From assembly GCA_964187785.1 (NCBI GenBank), contig OZ076409.1, positions 92,134,001 to 92,198,000 of the forward strand: a stretch of DNA of 64,000 nt. Direction: 5' to 3'. This document shows positions 27,380-38,470 of the stretch, one piece after another; within the stretch, counting starts at the first letter, position 1; each line of letters starts with the position of its first letter. Both the position numbers and the translations under genes were made by a program. Source of the stretch: Amphiscolops sp. MND2022 (Eukaryota). The notes below the pieces were generated by a model. It saw only the letters and a list, made by a program, of their open reading frames with translations, searched no databases and had not been told where the DNA came from.

Positions 27380-28850
27380 ATCTGTTTGAAATCTCTTTAG
27401 TAAGATTTTCTTAGCAATTCTTGAGTATGAAAGTGAGCTGCTGATTTGTAGATTGAGATTCAGAAGAATGGCTACCTCGGGCTGATCGACCTTAGGTCAG
27501 AGGGTCGAAAATTCGCGGGAAAATAAGTTAGGGAAAGTTTCCCTGCAGCCCTCTTTGGTTTCTTAACATTTCCTTATTAAGCGGGTTCCCTTCTCAATTT
27601 CGTTTTGATGATCAGCCGCTTGTAAAGTTGATAAGTGCTTGAGTTTGATCTCAAGTGGTTGTATTAACTATTGAAGAGGTGACAATGGGTGATGAGATTG
27701 TTTATCATCACTCATTAACACTAGTGAAGTGTCATCAAAGACCGTCGGTCTCAGCGGCTAGCAAAGACCAACTGTCCAATCAGAGCGTGTTGATAAATGA
27801 ATAAATAATTCTGAATGAATTTGAATGAAAATGGTAAAATGGCATAGATGGATGAAATTAATAATGGTAATGATGGTAACTCTAATACTGGAACAAAGGA
27901 ATGGAAAAGAAATGATTGCTGAATGTACATCACTGGCAGGTTCTGTAACACTGAAGATCATAGTGTATAGGTAATTAAAAGAGCTAATAGCTTTGGTAAT
28001 AATAAATGACTTGTATTTTGCCACGACGTCCTTTGATGTAAATGAAATAAACGTAAAATACGATTGAGTAATAATCAGTCTTGAGAGTCAAGTTGAACGG
28101 TAAGAAGTAAAACTTGTAAGTGAGACTTTCAGTCTAATTGCCGTAAAGCATAGTAAACCAGTTTGCTAATTTTCACAGTTCACAGTACGACTTTCAAATT
28201 GTTAATCCTTTGTTACATTTTGCATTCCCAATTCTAATTCTATCATTCAACAGCAGTTTTAGATCCCCAAATCTGCACAAAATATTTCCTGCTTGGATAG
28301 TTCTTCTAGTTACATCTTCTCGTTGGACTTCGTTTCCAGGACTACTGGTCTAATTGTCCCTAGATCGACGTAGAGTCCACTTTTGAGACTTCAATCTCGG
28401 TTCAGAATTCTTCATCTAGTTCACCCTTCTTGTTTCTCCTAGACAACATTGAACTATTCTTCTACGAGTATTCCAACTTGTTGACAGTACTCCCGTCCAA
28501 AGTTGTTCATTCCTCGAGATTCTACTAATTGGACTAGCAGTCTAATTGGCATAGGTCACCCTTCCAACAGTATCCGCCGTCTTACGACTTTGTTTCAGTC
28601 TGCTCATCCTTCGCGTCACTACTCCGATTCGGACAGACCAAGAATCCTTTCAGTCAGCCACGTCTTGCTCCACCAATTCTGTTCTCCATTTGGATAAACA
28701 TCAGGTTGGTTCTTTCAACTTATTTTGTCAATTTTGAGCTTGATCAGGGCTTCCCATTGACTAGTTTTCACTTCCTCCATCGTGAAATATTCAACCATAG
28801 GTATGAACAAATAATAAGCTTGCTTTCGAAAGTCTTTCAAACGCGATAAG

Positions 28851-31800
28851 ATGGATTTCTTTAACGGAAGTGGATCGCGAAAATTTATTTCTTTCCGTTT
28901 AGGCAAAGAAATGGACGGCCAACCAGAACAAAACGTCACCGAACAGATGGAAATTGACTCCCCAACAGTTGGACAGATGTTAGAGTCTGAGAACAGAGGG
29001 TCGCCAACGGACATAAGATCTATAGTTGAGCTGTCTTCCAATACGGACACTGAAAGCTGCGAAGCCTACATCAGGCGTACAGCTGAGTTGCTTGAGAGCG
29101 CTGAGCAAGATCCCGCTAGTCGTGCAACTGAGATTCCTGTTGAGGCAAAGTCAAGTGTGAGTGAGTTGGTTGCTGTTACTCCTGCGCTGAATGAGATGAT
29201 CCCCGAAGTCCAACTTACAGAAAGCGTCCCTAGAGTCGTCTTCCTGGACAAATCCGATTCGCAAGAAGGGACGAATAACACCACCATCGGAAGACAGGAC
29301 CTTACGTCAGCAAGCAAAGTAGTTGACCAAAGCCTGATGGCATCTAATCCTGAAGTCGGGGTTGTTGCTACTACCACTGAGGGCCCGTCTCAGCCTGCTA
29401 ACATAGGGCTAGTGGAACAAGTCCTTGAGGAGCCGCAAGTTACTCCCAACCTTCAAGGAGCACAGGAAGGGAGACAAGAGATCGATGCTTCTGGGTCTGG
29501 TGATCCTCAAGTCAGCAAAGGGCCAATGGACTACCGGTACCAAACAGATGAAGACTCTTGCTTTGAGATGGAGACCGACACCGGATCTATGGCTAGGTCT
29601 ACCTTGGGACAAGCGCTGTATTGCCCGGCAAAGGTTCGTGAGATTTCTTGCCGCGATGAATCTAGTCATGATTCAAACGTTGCCGATTTGCCACCCATCA
29701 CTGATCCGCCACCGTTGTCAGGTACCAGCAGGGTTATCATCAAACAATGTTTCACAGAAACAAACCCTATCTGCCTTGATCCAGGACACCCTGTCATTGC
29801 GCTAAATCAGGATCAAATTACCAGCATCCTCAGAATTGTAGCAGACGAAAGTGCCCGAGCGTCTTTTGAGATGCTTAGCAGCGTAGTGGAACGGGCGAGC
29901 CGATTGAACTTGGGTAGTCCTGCAAAAACTGCTTCTAGAAGGCGTGTTCCTTCGATGTCTGGCCATGATACTGACACAGATATCGGAAGTGATTCCGTAG
30001 CTACCTACTCCACACGTAGAGGCGGCGCAAGTTCAGGCATGACCAGTGAGGCTGAATCCCAACCGGACTTCCAATCAAGTGTAGCGATGCCTGCTCCTCC
30101 GACCACTGCCAGCAATCAACAGGTAGACTTAGAGACTGACCCACATTCTCCTGCCGTGTCCAGCCCTGGGGCTCAAACCCTCGCCAACGTGAGACAGGAG
30201 GCTATTAACGAGCAACGCCAAGCCCGGAGACAAACTTCATCTCGCACTCGACCTAGGGGCCAAGCACGACCCAGGAGACGAATAGGCCGAGTGATGAAGG
30301 AGGAGTACTTCGAGACAATGCCTTGGACTAGAACTTTCGTGTCTGGGCCAGTTGATCCGAAATGGAACAAGCACAAGATCTACTGCCAGATCTGCAAGTG
30401 CAATGTCTCAATCCGTGCAAAGGGTCCAAAGGAAATCCTGCGACATTTCGCGACGGAGCGTCATCTGCGTAAAGATCAGCGCTGGAGGTATGAGTACCTC
30501 ACTATTGAAGACCCCCTTACTAAGCGACGCAGATACCAAGTGAGAGGTCAAGATGGTAAAGTGCTCTCCAATTATCAACTCCAGCTGGAACTGCCTCACT
30601 TCATTAACTGCGAACTAGTAGACATTGGGGAGAAGTTGCCATTCTACGACGAGGCAATGGCAGGCGTGGATTATATGGCATCGTCACCGCAAAATCGTGC
30701 CAGACTGCAAATTTCTGTGCTCGGCTGTTTCTTACCATTGTCTGGAGACGTCCAAGTCCTGCGTGGTCTCTGGCAACAAATTGGCATTGCACTGAATCAT
30801 CAGGCCATCACTAGTGATATCGACTGGAGCACAACTAGACTCTCAGTAAGTAGTCTCTTCACGTCTGATTGACTTCTAGTCCTATCCCTATATCATGCAA
30901 GCTTGACTAGATTTGATAAGTCACAGTCCATGATTTGAACAATAGTTCTTGAGTGGGCACATGTTCCGGTTCGTACTAATCTAAGGATGTGTTTAAGGTG
31001 TTGTTCCATCATCTATTCACACAAATCATTCCAATCATTGGCAATGATATCCTGACGTCCGGACAATTCTCTGTAGAATTCGAACCACAGGGGGTTTTCC
31101 TCTTGCTTCACGTCAGGTTCTGGAAAGCTGACAAATTGTGCCGGGTCTACTTACTGCGAACCGGCAGGGCCAGTGGACAAACATCAGCCGAAGTCAGCCT
31201 TGTGTCTACCCTTCTTGCAGCGATATCTGCTGAGGCTGATCTAGTGTGCTGCTCTGGGGCTACATATGGCCTAGTCCATCTGTTAGATCGGTCCCCACTC
31301 ACCAGACATGGGGTACAGCGACCAACCACTTTCGACGAGATTGCGATCAAGAAGTTGATGCACAAAGACAGTTTCTCCGTGTTTGGACGCATTGACTTCT
31401 TTTCAGTGTTACAGTACTTGGTTGTCTGCCTGAGTGGAAGTCTAGAGATGGAATGGACTCTCTTCACCCCTGAGTTGACTAAGGTAAGTCCCTCAGTCTA
31501 CGTGCCTAGTACCGCCCGAAGCTTGGTCCGGTTTGACGTGGGGTTTTCAATTTAGGCCATTAAAACTTGCAAGCTTGACGTGTCCACAATCCCAAAATTG
31601 TGTCAGGAGTTGATGGCTAACTGGAAAACGGTGATCACCTACCTTTCCGAGCATTCACCTCAACAGCAAATGCAGGGAGTCAGAAACCAGGTTGGTCAAT
31701 TTGCGACAGCTAGACTCATAGTCCCTAGTAGGGCAAATCTCGATGGCTTTCATTTCTTTTCAGCCCCAAAACTTCGAACGATCTGTCATTCACGATGACT

Positions 31801-33201
31801 TCTTTCCTTGCAGACTTGAGTTCTTTGGGAAGCTTGTCCGCGATTGTTAGTACTCTAATTCTCCTTGCACATTGGTTTCCACATGGCTTCATAATAATTC
31901 AATAGGATGCATCTGACTGGAACTGGGCTGCGCCTTGTCGAATTTCCAATCTAAGCTTGACTGTCCCAAAATAAATCCTCTTAGTCCTAGTTACGACAAT
32001 GGGACCATAGGTCTTTTAAGGCATAATCTGGTTTCATGGTTGATTCACTGTTTCAGACACCACCAACTTCTCACTCAGTCTCAGTGGCCGGCGAGACAGG
32101 GCCTTCTACTCCTTCCGACAGCTTTGTCTCTACCTTCGCAAATTGGCTAAGCGCGTTGTTCTCCCCACTGCTTTGCCTGCTGAAGAAGACATCGCGAGTA
32201 TCTTGGACCTGGATACCACAACTGCTCTGGCCCTCAGCGTCCCCGTGTTTCTCAGCAGAACCAAATTTGGAGCGAAACTTGACCATGCCTGCAAGTTGAA
32301 AGCAGAGATTGAGCAGCATGAACAGAAAGGAGAGAAGACGTCAATCGACACATTGAAAGAGAAGGCTAAGGAAGAATTTGGACGTTTGGCCAGGAGTTAC
32401 GTGACTCATCTGTTCAAAGAGACGCGTAGTCACTTCAATTTCACCACCAACATCGCCCAAGGTTTGGCCAGCTTTGACCTGGAAATCCTCTTGAAGTTGC
32501 CTCTCACTCTGGCCACGAAATGCTTCGGTCAGTTATTTACCGTCTTCCGTCTTCGTGGGTATTTTTCCCAAGAACAAGAGGCCCCAGCACATGAAGAGTA
32601 CCTGTCCTTCGTCGACGAGTTGCGCGTTAAATTTGCAGAGTTCGATCAACCTACACTATTGATCAAGGATACAATTGATTTCCTCATGGGCCAAACAACT
32701 CTGTCTACACGTCCATTGTTGTTTAGTTGTTTCAAGTTGGCTTGTCTCTGCATAGATGAGCCTTTTAGAGATCTCCCGACAGTCAAGTTCGGCTCTGTCA
32801 ACACGGATGATCCTACCAGCAAGCTAGTGGACATAGTGCTGCCAGTGCAATCGTTCTTTAGCCAAGCTGTTAATCCAGTTGAGTCAGTGACCAGCGATGC
32901 CTCGATCTCCGAATTCCTCGAAATGGAGTCTACTTTCGGTCGCACTGCGCTTGGCGACACGTATGACCCGTGGTCGGGTTTGGACAATTTCGGGAGGACT
33001 GAGATTTTGTCGAAGTTGGATCCTGAACGCAGACTTCAGAGCAAAGCTGGCAAGGTGGGCGCTTCCAGTACTGTCACAGTCCAGCAGTCCCCCAGTACCC
33101 TACAGTACCCTAAGAAGAATGTCCGTCCTACTCATCTCTTGTCAGATTCCGAATTGGTCCAGACTGCTAAGAGTCTGCGTCAGTGTGGCAGTAAAGACTA
33201 A
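28851..33201 (+). CDS. Antisense spliced cargo gene: BED-like Zn finger plus degenerate hAT-transposase-like protein (exons 28851/28911-30845, 30998-31483, 31556-31690, 31764-31845, 32057-33201)
   Basis: Four GT-AG introns join five exons into one open 3843-nt frame; motif YCQICKCNVSIRAKGPKEILRHFATERH. Confidence 0.8.
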
Positions 33202-33423
33202 TTGTACACAATGTGCACATATATAAACTTTAGACTGTAAACTATTTATCCATATTTTCTTTTGTTCTGCCAATGTTGCTTGTGGCTTTATTATTCGTCG
33301 CTAAGTCAGTTTGTCGGCACCTTATTAATTGTCATAAAGTGAAGTCAAAATAGTCCCAAGTAAAGAATACATGTCCTCAAGGGCAGAGAGAGAAAATTGG
33401 GACGTAGTAATTAAATGTTCTGA

Positions 33424-34245
33424 CTAGTATCTGTATTCTTCTGAGTAATTAGGGGTAGGGTTCGGACGGAGGTTATATCTCCCTCCTCTAGGGCTTTCAT
33501 TTTCTACAATCATTTCGTCGTTTTCGCTTTCTGATACTTCGGGCACGATAGTATCGCTCCCCCCTGATGAAGTTTCCTCACCAGGAATTGAGTCATTATC
33601 GGAATCGGGCATGATTCGCTCAGGAAGAGTTTCTTCCGTCTCGTCATGTCTAGTGGACTGTAGGTCCACATCGGTCAAGATCTGATCTGGCTGGTCGAAG
33701 TTAGTATCTTCGCCGCTCGTAATTTCTGGTCGTTCAGTTGATTGCTCGTAGGTCGGTTGACGTCGAGTGGACGCGAAGTCCTCAAAGTTCGTTTCCCACG
33801 TGATTACGTAGAGATCATCTTGGGGAATGACAATTTCATCGTCTGGCTGTAAATTCCCTTCTGGGCGAACGTCCTGTAAGTCTGTATTAGGCTCATATTT
33901 TCTGAGACGTATTCTGTGTAAAATTTGCGTTTTGTTGGAATTGAGTTTGCGAACTATATAATTATCGTTTGGTAAAACTTTTTCGATAATGTAAGGGCCA
34001 ATCCAACGGAATTCGCGAAATGGGATTTTTGATCCTTGATGGTCAGCTATAGGTTGTAGAATGAAGCAATAATCATTGAGTTTCAAAGGTGCTGCTTTGG
34101 CCTTTCGGTCATAGTATTCTTTGTACTTCAAATAAGACTGCATAATATTTTTCTTTGTGGAATCAATCAAAACCTGTGATCTACGTTGGAATTCCTCAGC
34201 AAAGTCCGTGGTGGGAAGGACCTGTGGGTTTGGGTTGAGCCCCAA
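33424..34245 (-). CDS. pol: Element A integrase C-terminal region (GPY motif), separated from pol by a 1-nt frameshift
   Basis: FRWIGPYIIEKVL; removing one base of the T4 run at 34246-34249 restores ILDHK-LGLNPNP. Confidence 0.85.
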   Translation of the reverse strand: MGLNPNPQVLPTTDFAEEFQRRSQVLIDSTKKNIMQSYLKYKEYYDRKAKAAPLKLNDYCFILQPIADHQGSKIPFREFRWIGPYIIEKVLPNDNYIVRKLNSNKTQILHRIRLRKYEPNTDLQDVRPEGNLQPDDEIVIPQDDLYVITWETNFEDFASTRRQPTYEQSTERPEITSGEDTNFDQPDQILTDVDLQSTRHDETEETLPERIMPDSDNDSIPGEETSSGGSDTIVPEVSESENDEMIVENESPRGGRYNLRPNPTPNYSEEYRY

Positions 34246-37200
34246 TTTTATGGTCTAAAATATTGTACGGTATGCGGCCATGAAATATCCTTGATGGTTC
34301 GCAGCCCAACGTCGAGTGGTAGGACGTGTTGTAATTTAGGACTGCTAACGGTAAGTACTTGTGCCACTGACGTCTATACTCCCCTGAGGCCATTTTGAGG
34401 TTAGTCTTAAGACTGGCATGAGTTCTTTCTAGCTTTCCTATGGTCTGTGGGTGTTTCGTCGTCGCACATTTAATTTGAATGCCCAAAATTTGCGCAATTT
34501 CAGCTACTAACTTTGATGTGAAGGCTGATCCTTTATCGGTAATCAAAGTCGTCGGCAAATACGTATGTTTGGTCATGATGTCGATAATGACCTTAGCGGT
34601 ATTTGCAGCTGAAGCATCAGTAACTGGGTAAGCGAACAGGTAACGTGAAAAAACGTCCATGGCAGTAATAATATTTTCGTAGCCTCCGCTCGGCGGGAGG
34701 TTCGGTAATAGGTCTATTTGCATAGCGTCTTCTGGACCCAAAGTCCACTCTGGCAAATTGAGGAGCTCAGGAGTTATTAACTCATTTGGAGTTCTTTTAT
34801 CTTTTATGCAGGTTTCACATCCATTAACCCACTTGCGGACGATTTTCGCTATTCCAGGATAATAATATTTGGAACGAATTTCTTGTAACATTTTTGCAAT
34901 GCCCGGATGGCGATTGGCCTTCCCGTGAAGGGATTCTAATAATTCAGTTACTAGGTGTTTTGGTAAGAGCACTTGGTTGTATTTGACAGTGCCAGTTTCG
35001 TCGTAATACTGCCTCGTGATGATTTCGTTTTGAATGGACAGTCGGTCTAGTTGGCGTAGGTAGTGCTGATATCTTGTATCTTGTATCAAGATTGTTTCAG
35101 AATACTCTTCTTTTTGAATTTTGAGCTTAAGTTGTTGTAGTATAACGTCATTGTTTTGCTCTATAGTCACAGTGTTGGTATTGGCTAGTTTTTGACAAAT
35201 GGGTAATTTTTGATAATTGCTGTGATGAGTGGTAAATTTTTGAAAAGAAATATCCGGTAATTGATTGGAAGGATTGTCTCGTGATTTTTTCTTCCTTTGC
35301 CAGATTTGCTCTTCTGTCTCATCTTCATCGTCAGTATAGAAGATTTGTTCTTCTTCTGTGATCCCTGCTGATTGGACGTGAAGTTCAATTGGCGTAGTGG
35401 GAATATCTTCTCTGATGCGAAGAATCAATTTCTCTTTTGGTGATATTTCTAGGCGTGATAAGTAGTCTGCGGCTGTGTTGTTTTTACCGGGAATGTGTGC
35501 TATTGTGAAGTTAAATTGAATAACGTAATCACATGCGTTCCACAACGTTGGTGGTATTATCTTTGTTTGAAAAAAACGCGTGACGGATTTGTTATCGGTC
35601 AGTATAATTACCGGCTTTGGCGTCCCCCAAAAGATGTGTCCAAATTCCTTGAACGCAAAGAATATGGCTAAGAATTCTTTTGCATAAATGGACATTTTCA
35701 ATTGTGCGGCACTAAAGGTCTTTGACCCGTAAGCTACCGGAGCAAACGCTTTCCTCGTTGAAGTATATTTTTCTTGTGGATCATCCTCAATTAGGACTGC
35801 GTACCCAGCGGCCATAAAGCTGGCGTCGGTCATTAGGGCTATTTGCTTGTTCGGTAGCGGCTGTTTAAGTGCTAATTCACAACAGCGGTCAAGTGCTTTG
35901 TTGATATCGGTAAATTTCTCCAATAGGTCCGGTGTTACTAGGACTTTTTCATCATTCTTTAATAATTTGAAGAATGGTGTTAGTCTCTCTGATAGCCTGG
36001 GAATATAGTTACGATAGTAGTTGAGAAATCCCAGGTATCTCTGCAGTGCTTTCTTTGATTTCGGGAATTTCGTGTTTTCTAGGAAATTTTGGACTCGTGG
36101 TCGCTGTGGACGTACTCCGACTGGCGTGATCGTTCGACCCAAAAAGTCGATTTCTGTCGCTCCGAAATGACATTTGTGCATTGTGAGCTTCAATCCCGCT
36201 TCGCGGATGCATTGGAAAGTGGCCCGCAGGTTCTTTATGAGTTGTTCGGCGTCATTTGCAGCAATGCCGATATCATCGACATATTGAGCACATTGGTCAG
36301 CCTTAATAACTTTGTCAAGATATTCGCGCATAAAGCTAGAAAAGGCTGACAAAGCACGGCTGAGTCCTTGCGCCAACCTGCGGTAAGCAAATGTCCTGCT
36401 GGCAAAATTGAACGCTAACATTTCAATGGACCGTTGGTCCGCCATCTGCAAGCAGTGGTATGCTTGCGAACAATCTAGTTTGCAAAATAGTTTTTTGCCT
36501 GCCATATGTTGGGCTGCATCGGTCAGTGTACTGACGGGGTGATTATTGTTAATGTAATCATCCGAAATGAGATTGTTAATCTTGCGAAGGTCGACCAGCA
36601 ATCTCAATTTGCCATTGGGTTTCTTTTGGGCAAAGATCGGGCTAGCATATTTGGAAAATGGGAGAGTTGTTATGATCCCATATCGTTGTAATAGCGCCAG
36701 TTCTACGAGGATATCTTCCTTGAGGTTAATAGGCGTTGGTAGACTTTGACTATAGGCCGGGGAATCGTCTTTTGGGGTTAATTTGACCTTGAATTCCTCG
36801 TTTATGCCTATGTCGAATCGATGTCTAGCGAATATATCATGGAATTCGACTAGCAAATTTTCAATGCGTGTAATCTCATCTGATTGCAGCATAGAATCTG
36901 TCCATTCGAAGTTGGCCAGGAATCGTCGTCTGGACTCAGGGTCATCCTGAGGATTGAGCTTCTCTAGCTCTTGTAGATTCAGGAGTTCGGTGAGAATGCG
37001 CTTTTGTATCGGCGTATGTTGTTGTGGATCCCCGGGGTCTTCCGGAGTGGGAAACCAATAGTTTTCCCGAAAATCTTCTGGCTTAGAAGATTTAATCAAG
37101 CTGCTAACGTAAAATGCAGCATTTTCAGGATTGTCCTGCAAAAGGTGCCATGTGGTCACCGGATCTATAGGTTTGACATACTTCATCTGTCCTGGGGTCA

Positions 37201-38470
37201 TGACAGAGAAGTTGGCGACGTGAGAACCTCTCTTGAGAGTATAAGGGTGGTCGGTAAAGTTATTCAGGTGAATTTCAACTTGACCGGAGGTCAATGTGAC
37301 CAGTGCCGCGCAAAAGGCGATGTCTCCATCTTCAGTGAGGGCATTGCTCGGTTGTAATATGCCAGTAACGGTGGTATCATCGTACATCTGGGAACTTAAC
37401 GTGACTAGGTGTCTATCATTTGGTGGTATTGTGATGTCCTCCTGTGTACAGATAGGCTCCATGACGTTTGTGTACTTATGATCCGCTGTTTTCAATTGCA
37501 TGGAGAAAAATGGGAAATTTAGAACTCCCTGTCTCATGTCCAGTATGGTGTTGTTTCGTTGCAAGAATGAAAGGCCAATCAACGGACTTGTTAGTTTCTC
37601 CATTACAATGAAAATTTCGTGAAATTCTATATCGCCGACCTCAAATTTAAGTTCGACGGTGCTCTTCGGAGTTTCCAGCTGCCCATTAGCTACCATTATC
37701 TGGAAGTTGGGTGCTGGGCCCTCTTTGACAATAGACTGAGGGGCTAATAATCGGATTTTACGTAGATCAGCTTCGGGGATTGCACTAGATAGGGCACCCG
37801 TGTCTACAAGGCCGTCTAATGTAAGTTCGCCAAAATCCATGGGAAAATAGAGCATACGTCTTTTGTATTTGAGTCCGAGATTGGTTGTGAGCGGAACATA
37901 ATCTGGCTCGCCATTTCTGGTAACCAGTGTGTTTACAAATCTTGCCTCGACGGCTGACGTCAGAGAGACTTGTGGTCCAAAAGAATTGAATTTGGTGTCT
38001 GGTTCTTCCTGTGTTGGTAGGACACAGGAATTGGTGTTTGCTTGCCAGGGGTCTACTAGAGCTATGGTCAAGGTATGGTTTAGAGCCCTGTCTGTCATGG
38101 GACAGTCGGGTTCAATTTCAGTTTGAGGTTTGTTAAAGTTTGCGTAAAATTGCAGCTCGTGTTGATTGTAGATTTGAGCGTCCCAGTAGGGGTCAATGCC
38201 GTAGTCGGGGTCAATGTAATAAGGGTTATAGTCAGGTATTAGAGGAAGGGATCGAATATAGTCCGTAGTGGAGGTAAGTCTGTCGGACCTGTGGTCCGAA
38301 GTGCAAAATTGAGTAGGAGTATTTCTCATTTGCTGCTGCCAGTCAGCCGATGAGGTTTTCTTTAGTGAAGAATAATATTCAATATAAAATACGGTAGAAG
38401 GGTCAGAGATTATATACTGTCTAATTCGTAACTTTCCATTAAATTGGAGTCGTGGCAAATCTAGTTTTTT
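34196..38470 (-). CDS. pol: Element A Pol: protease, RT, RNase H, integrase
   Basis: LVDTGA; YVDD; TDAS..KEFLA; H-H-CETC; DDE core QIDL / ITDKG / GKLER. Confidence 0.97.
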   Translation of the reverse strand, partial: KKLDLPRLQFNGKLRIRQYIISDPSTVFYIEYYSSLKKTSSADWQQQMRNTPTQFCTSDHRSDRLTSTTDYIRSLPLIPDYNPYYIDPDYGIDPYWDAQIYNQHELQFYANFNKPQTEIEPDCPMTDRALNHTLTIALVDPWQANTNSCVLPTQEEPDTKFNSFGPQVSLTSAVEARFVNTLVTRNGEPDYVPLTTNLGLKYKRRMLYFPMDFGELTLDGLVDTGALSSAIPEADLRKIRLLAPQSIVKEGPAPNFQIMVANGQLETPKSTVELKFEVGDIEFHEIFIVMEKLTSPLIGLSFLQRNNTILDMRQGVLNFPFFSMQLKTADHKYTNVMEPICTQEDITIPPNDRHLVTLSSQMYDDTTVTGILQPSNALTEDGDIAFCAALVTLTSGQVEIHLNNFTDHPYTLKRGSHVANFSVMTPGQMKYVKPIDPVTTWHLLQDNPENAAFYVSSLIKSSKPEDFRENYWFPTPEDPGDPQQHTPIQKRILTELLNLQELEKLNPQDDPESRRRFLANFEWTDSMLQSDEITRIENLLVEFHDIFARHRFDIGINEEFKVKLTPKDDSPAYSQSLPTPINLKEDILVELALLQRYGIITTLPFSKYASPIFAQKKPNGKLRLLVDLRKINNLISDDYINNNHPVSTLTDAAQHMAGKKLFCKLDCSQAYHCLQMADQRSIEMLAFNFASRTFAYRRLAQGLSRALSAFSSFMREYLDKVIKADQCAQYVDDIGIAANDAEQLIKNLRATFQCIREAGLKLTMHKCHFGATEIDFLGRTITPVGVRPQRPRVQNFLENTKFPKSKKALQRYLGFLNYYRNYIPRLSERLTPFFKLLKNDEKVLVTPDLLEKFTDINKALDRCCELALKQPLPNKQIALMTDASFMAAGYAVLIEDDPQEKYTSTRKAFAPVAYGSKTFSAAQLKMSIYAKEFLAIFFAFKEFGHIFWGTPKPVIILTDNKSVTRFFQTKIIPPTLWNACDYVIQFNFTIAHIPGKNNTAADYLSRLEISPKEKLILRIREDIPTTPIELHVQSAGITEEEQIFYTDDEDETEEQIWQRKKKSRDNPSNQLPDISFQKFTTHHSNYQKLPICQKLANTNTVTIEQNNDVILQQLKLKIQKEEYSETILIQDTRYQHYLRQLDRLSIQNEIITRQYYDETGTVKYNQVLLPKHLVTELLESLHGKANRHPGIAKMLQEIRSKYYYPGIAKIVRKWVNGCETCIKDKRTPNELITPELLNLPEWTLGPEDAMQIDLLPNLPPSGGYENIITAMDVFSRYLFAYPVTDASAANTAKVIIDIMTKHTYLPTTLITDKGSAFTSKLVAEIAQILGIQIKCATTKHPQTIGKLERTHASLKTNLKMASGEYRRQWHKYLPLAVLNYNTSYHSTLGCEPSRIFHGRIPYNILDHKIGAQPKPTGPSHHGLC

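Noticed and set aside
31906..32040. Extra exon at the AATAG acceptor (31905)
   Set aside because: It would create an immediate stop; direct splicing 31845 to 32057 keeps the frame open.
28851..33201. Nested autonomous hAT transposon
   Set aside because: I found no TIRs or 8-bp TSD around the gene, and the catalytic residues appear absent.
37190..37460. dUTPase between protease and RT in element A
   Set aside because: Spacing suggests a degenerate dUTPase-like fold, but the catalytic motifs are not recognisable.
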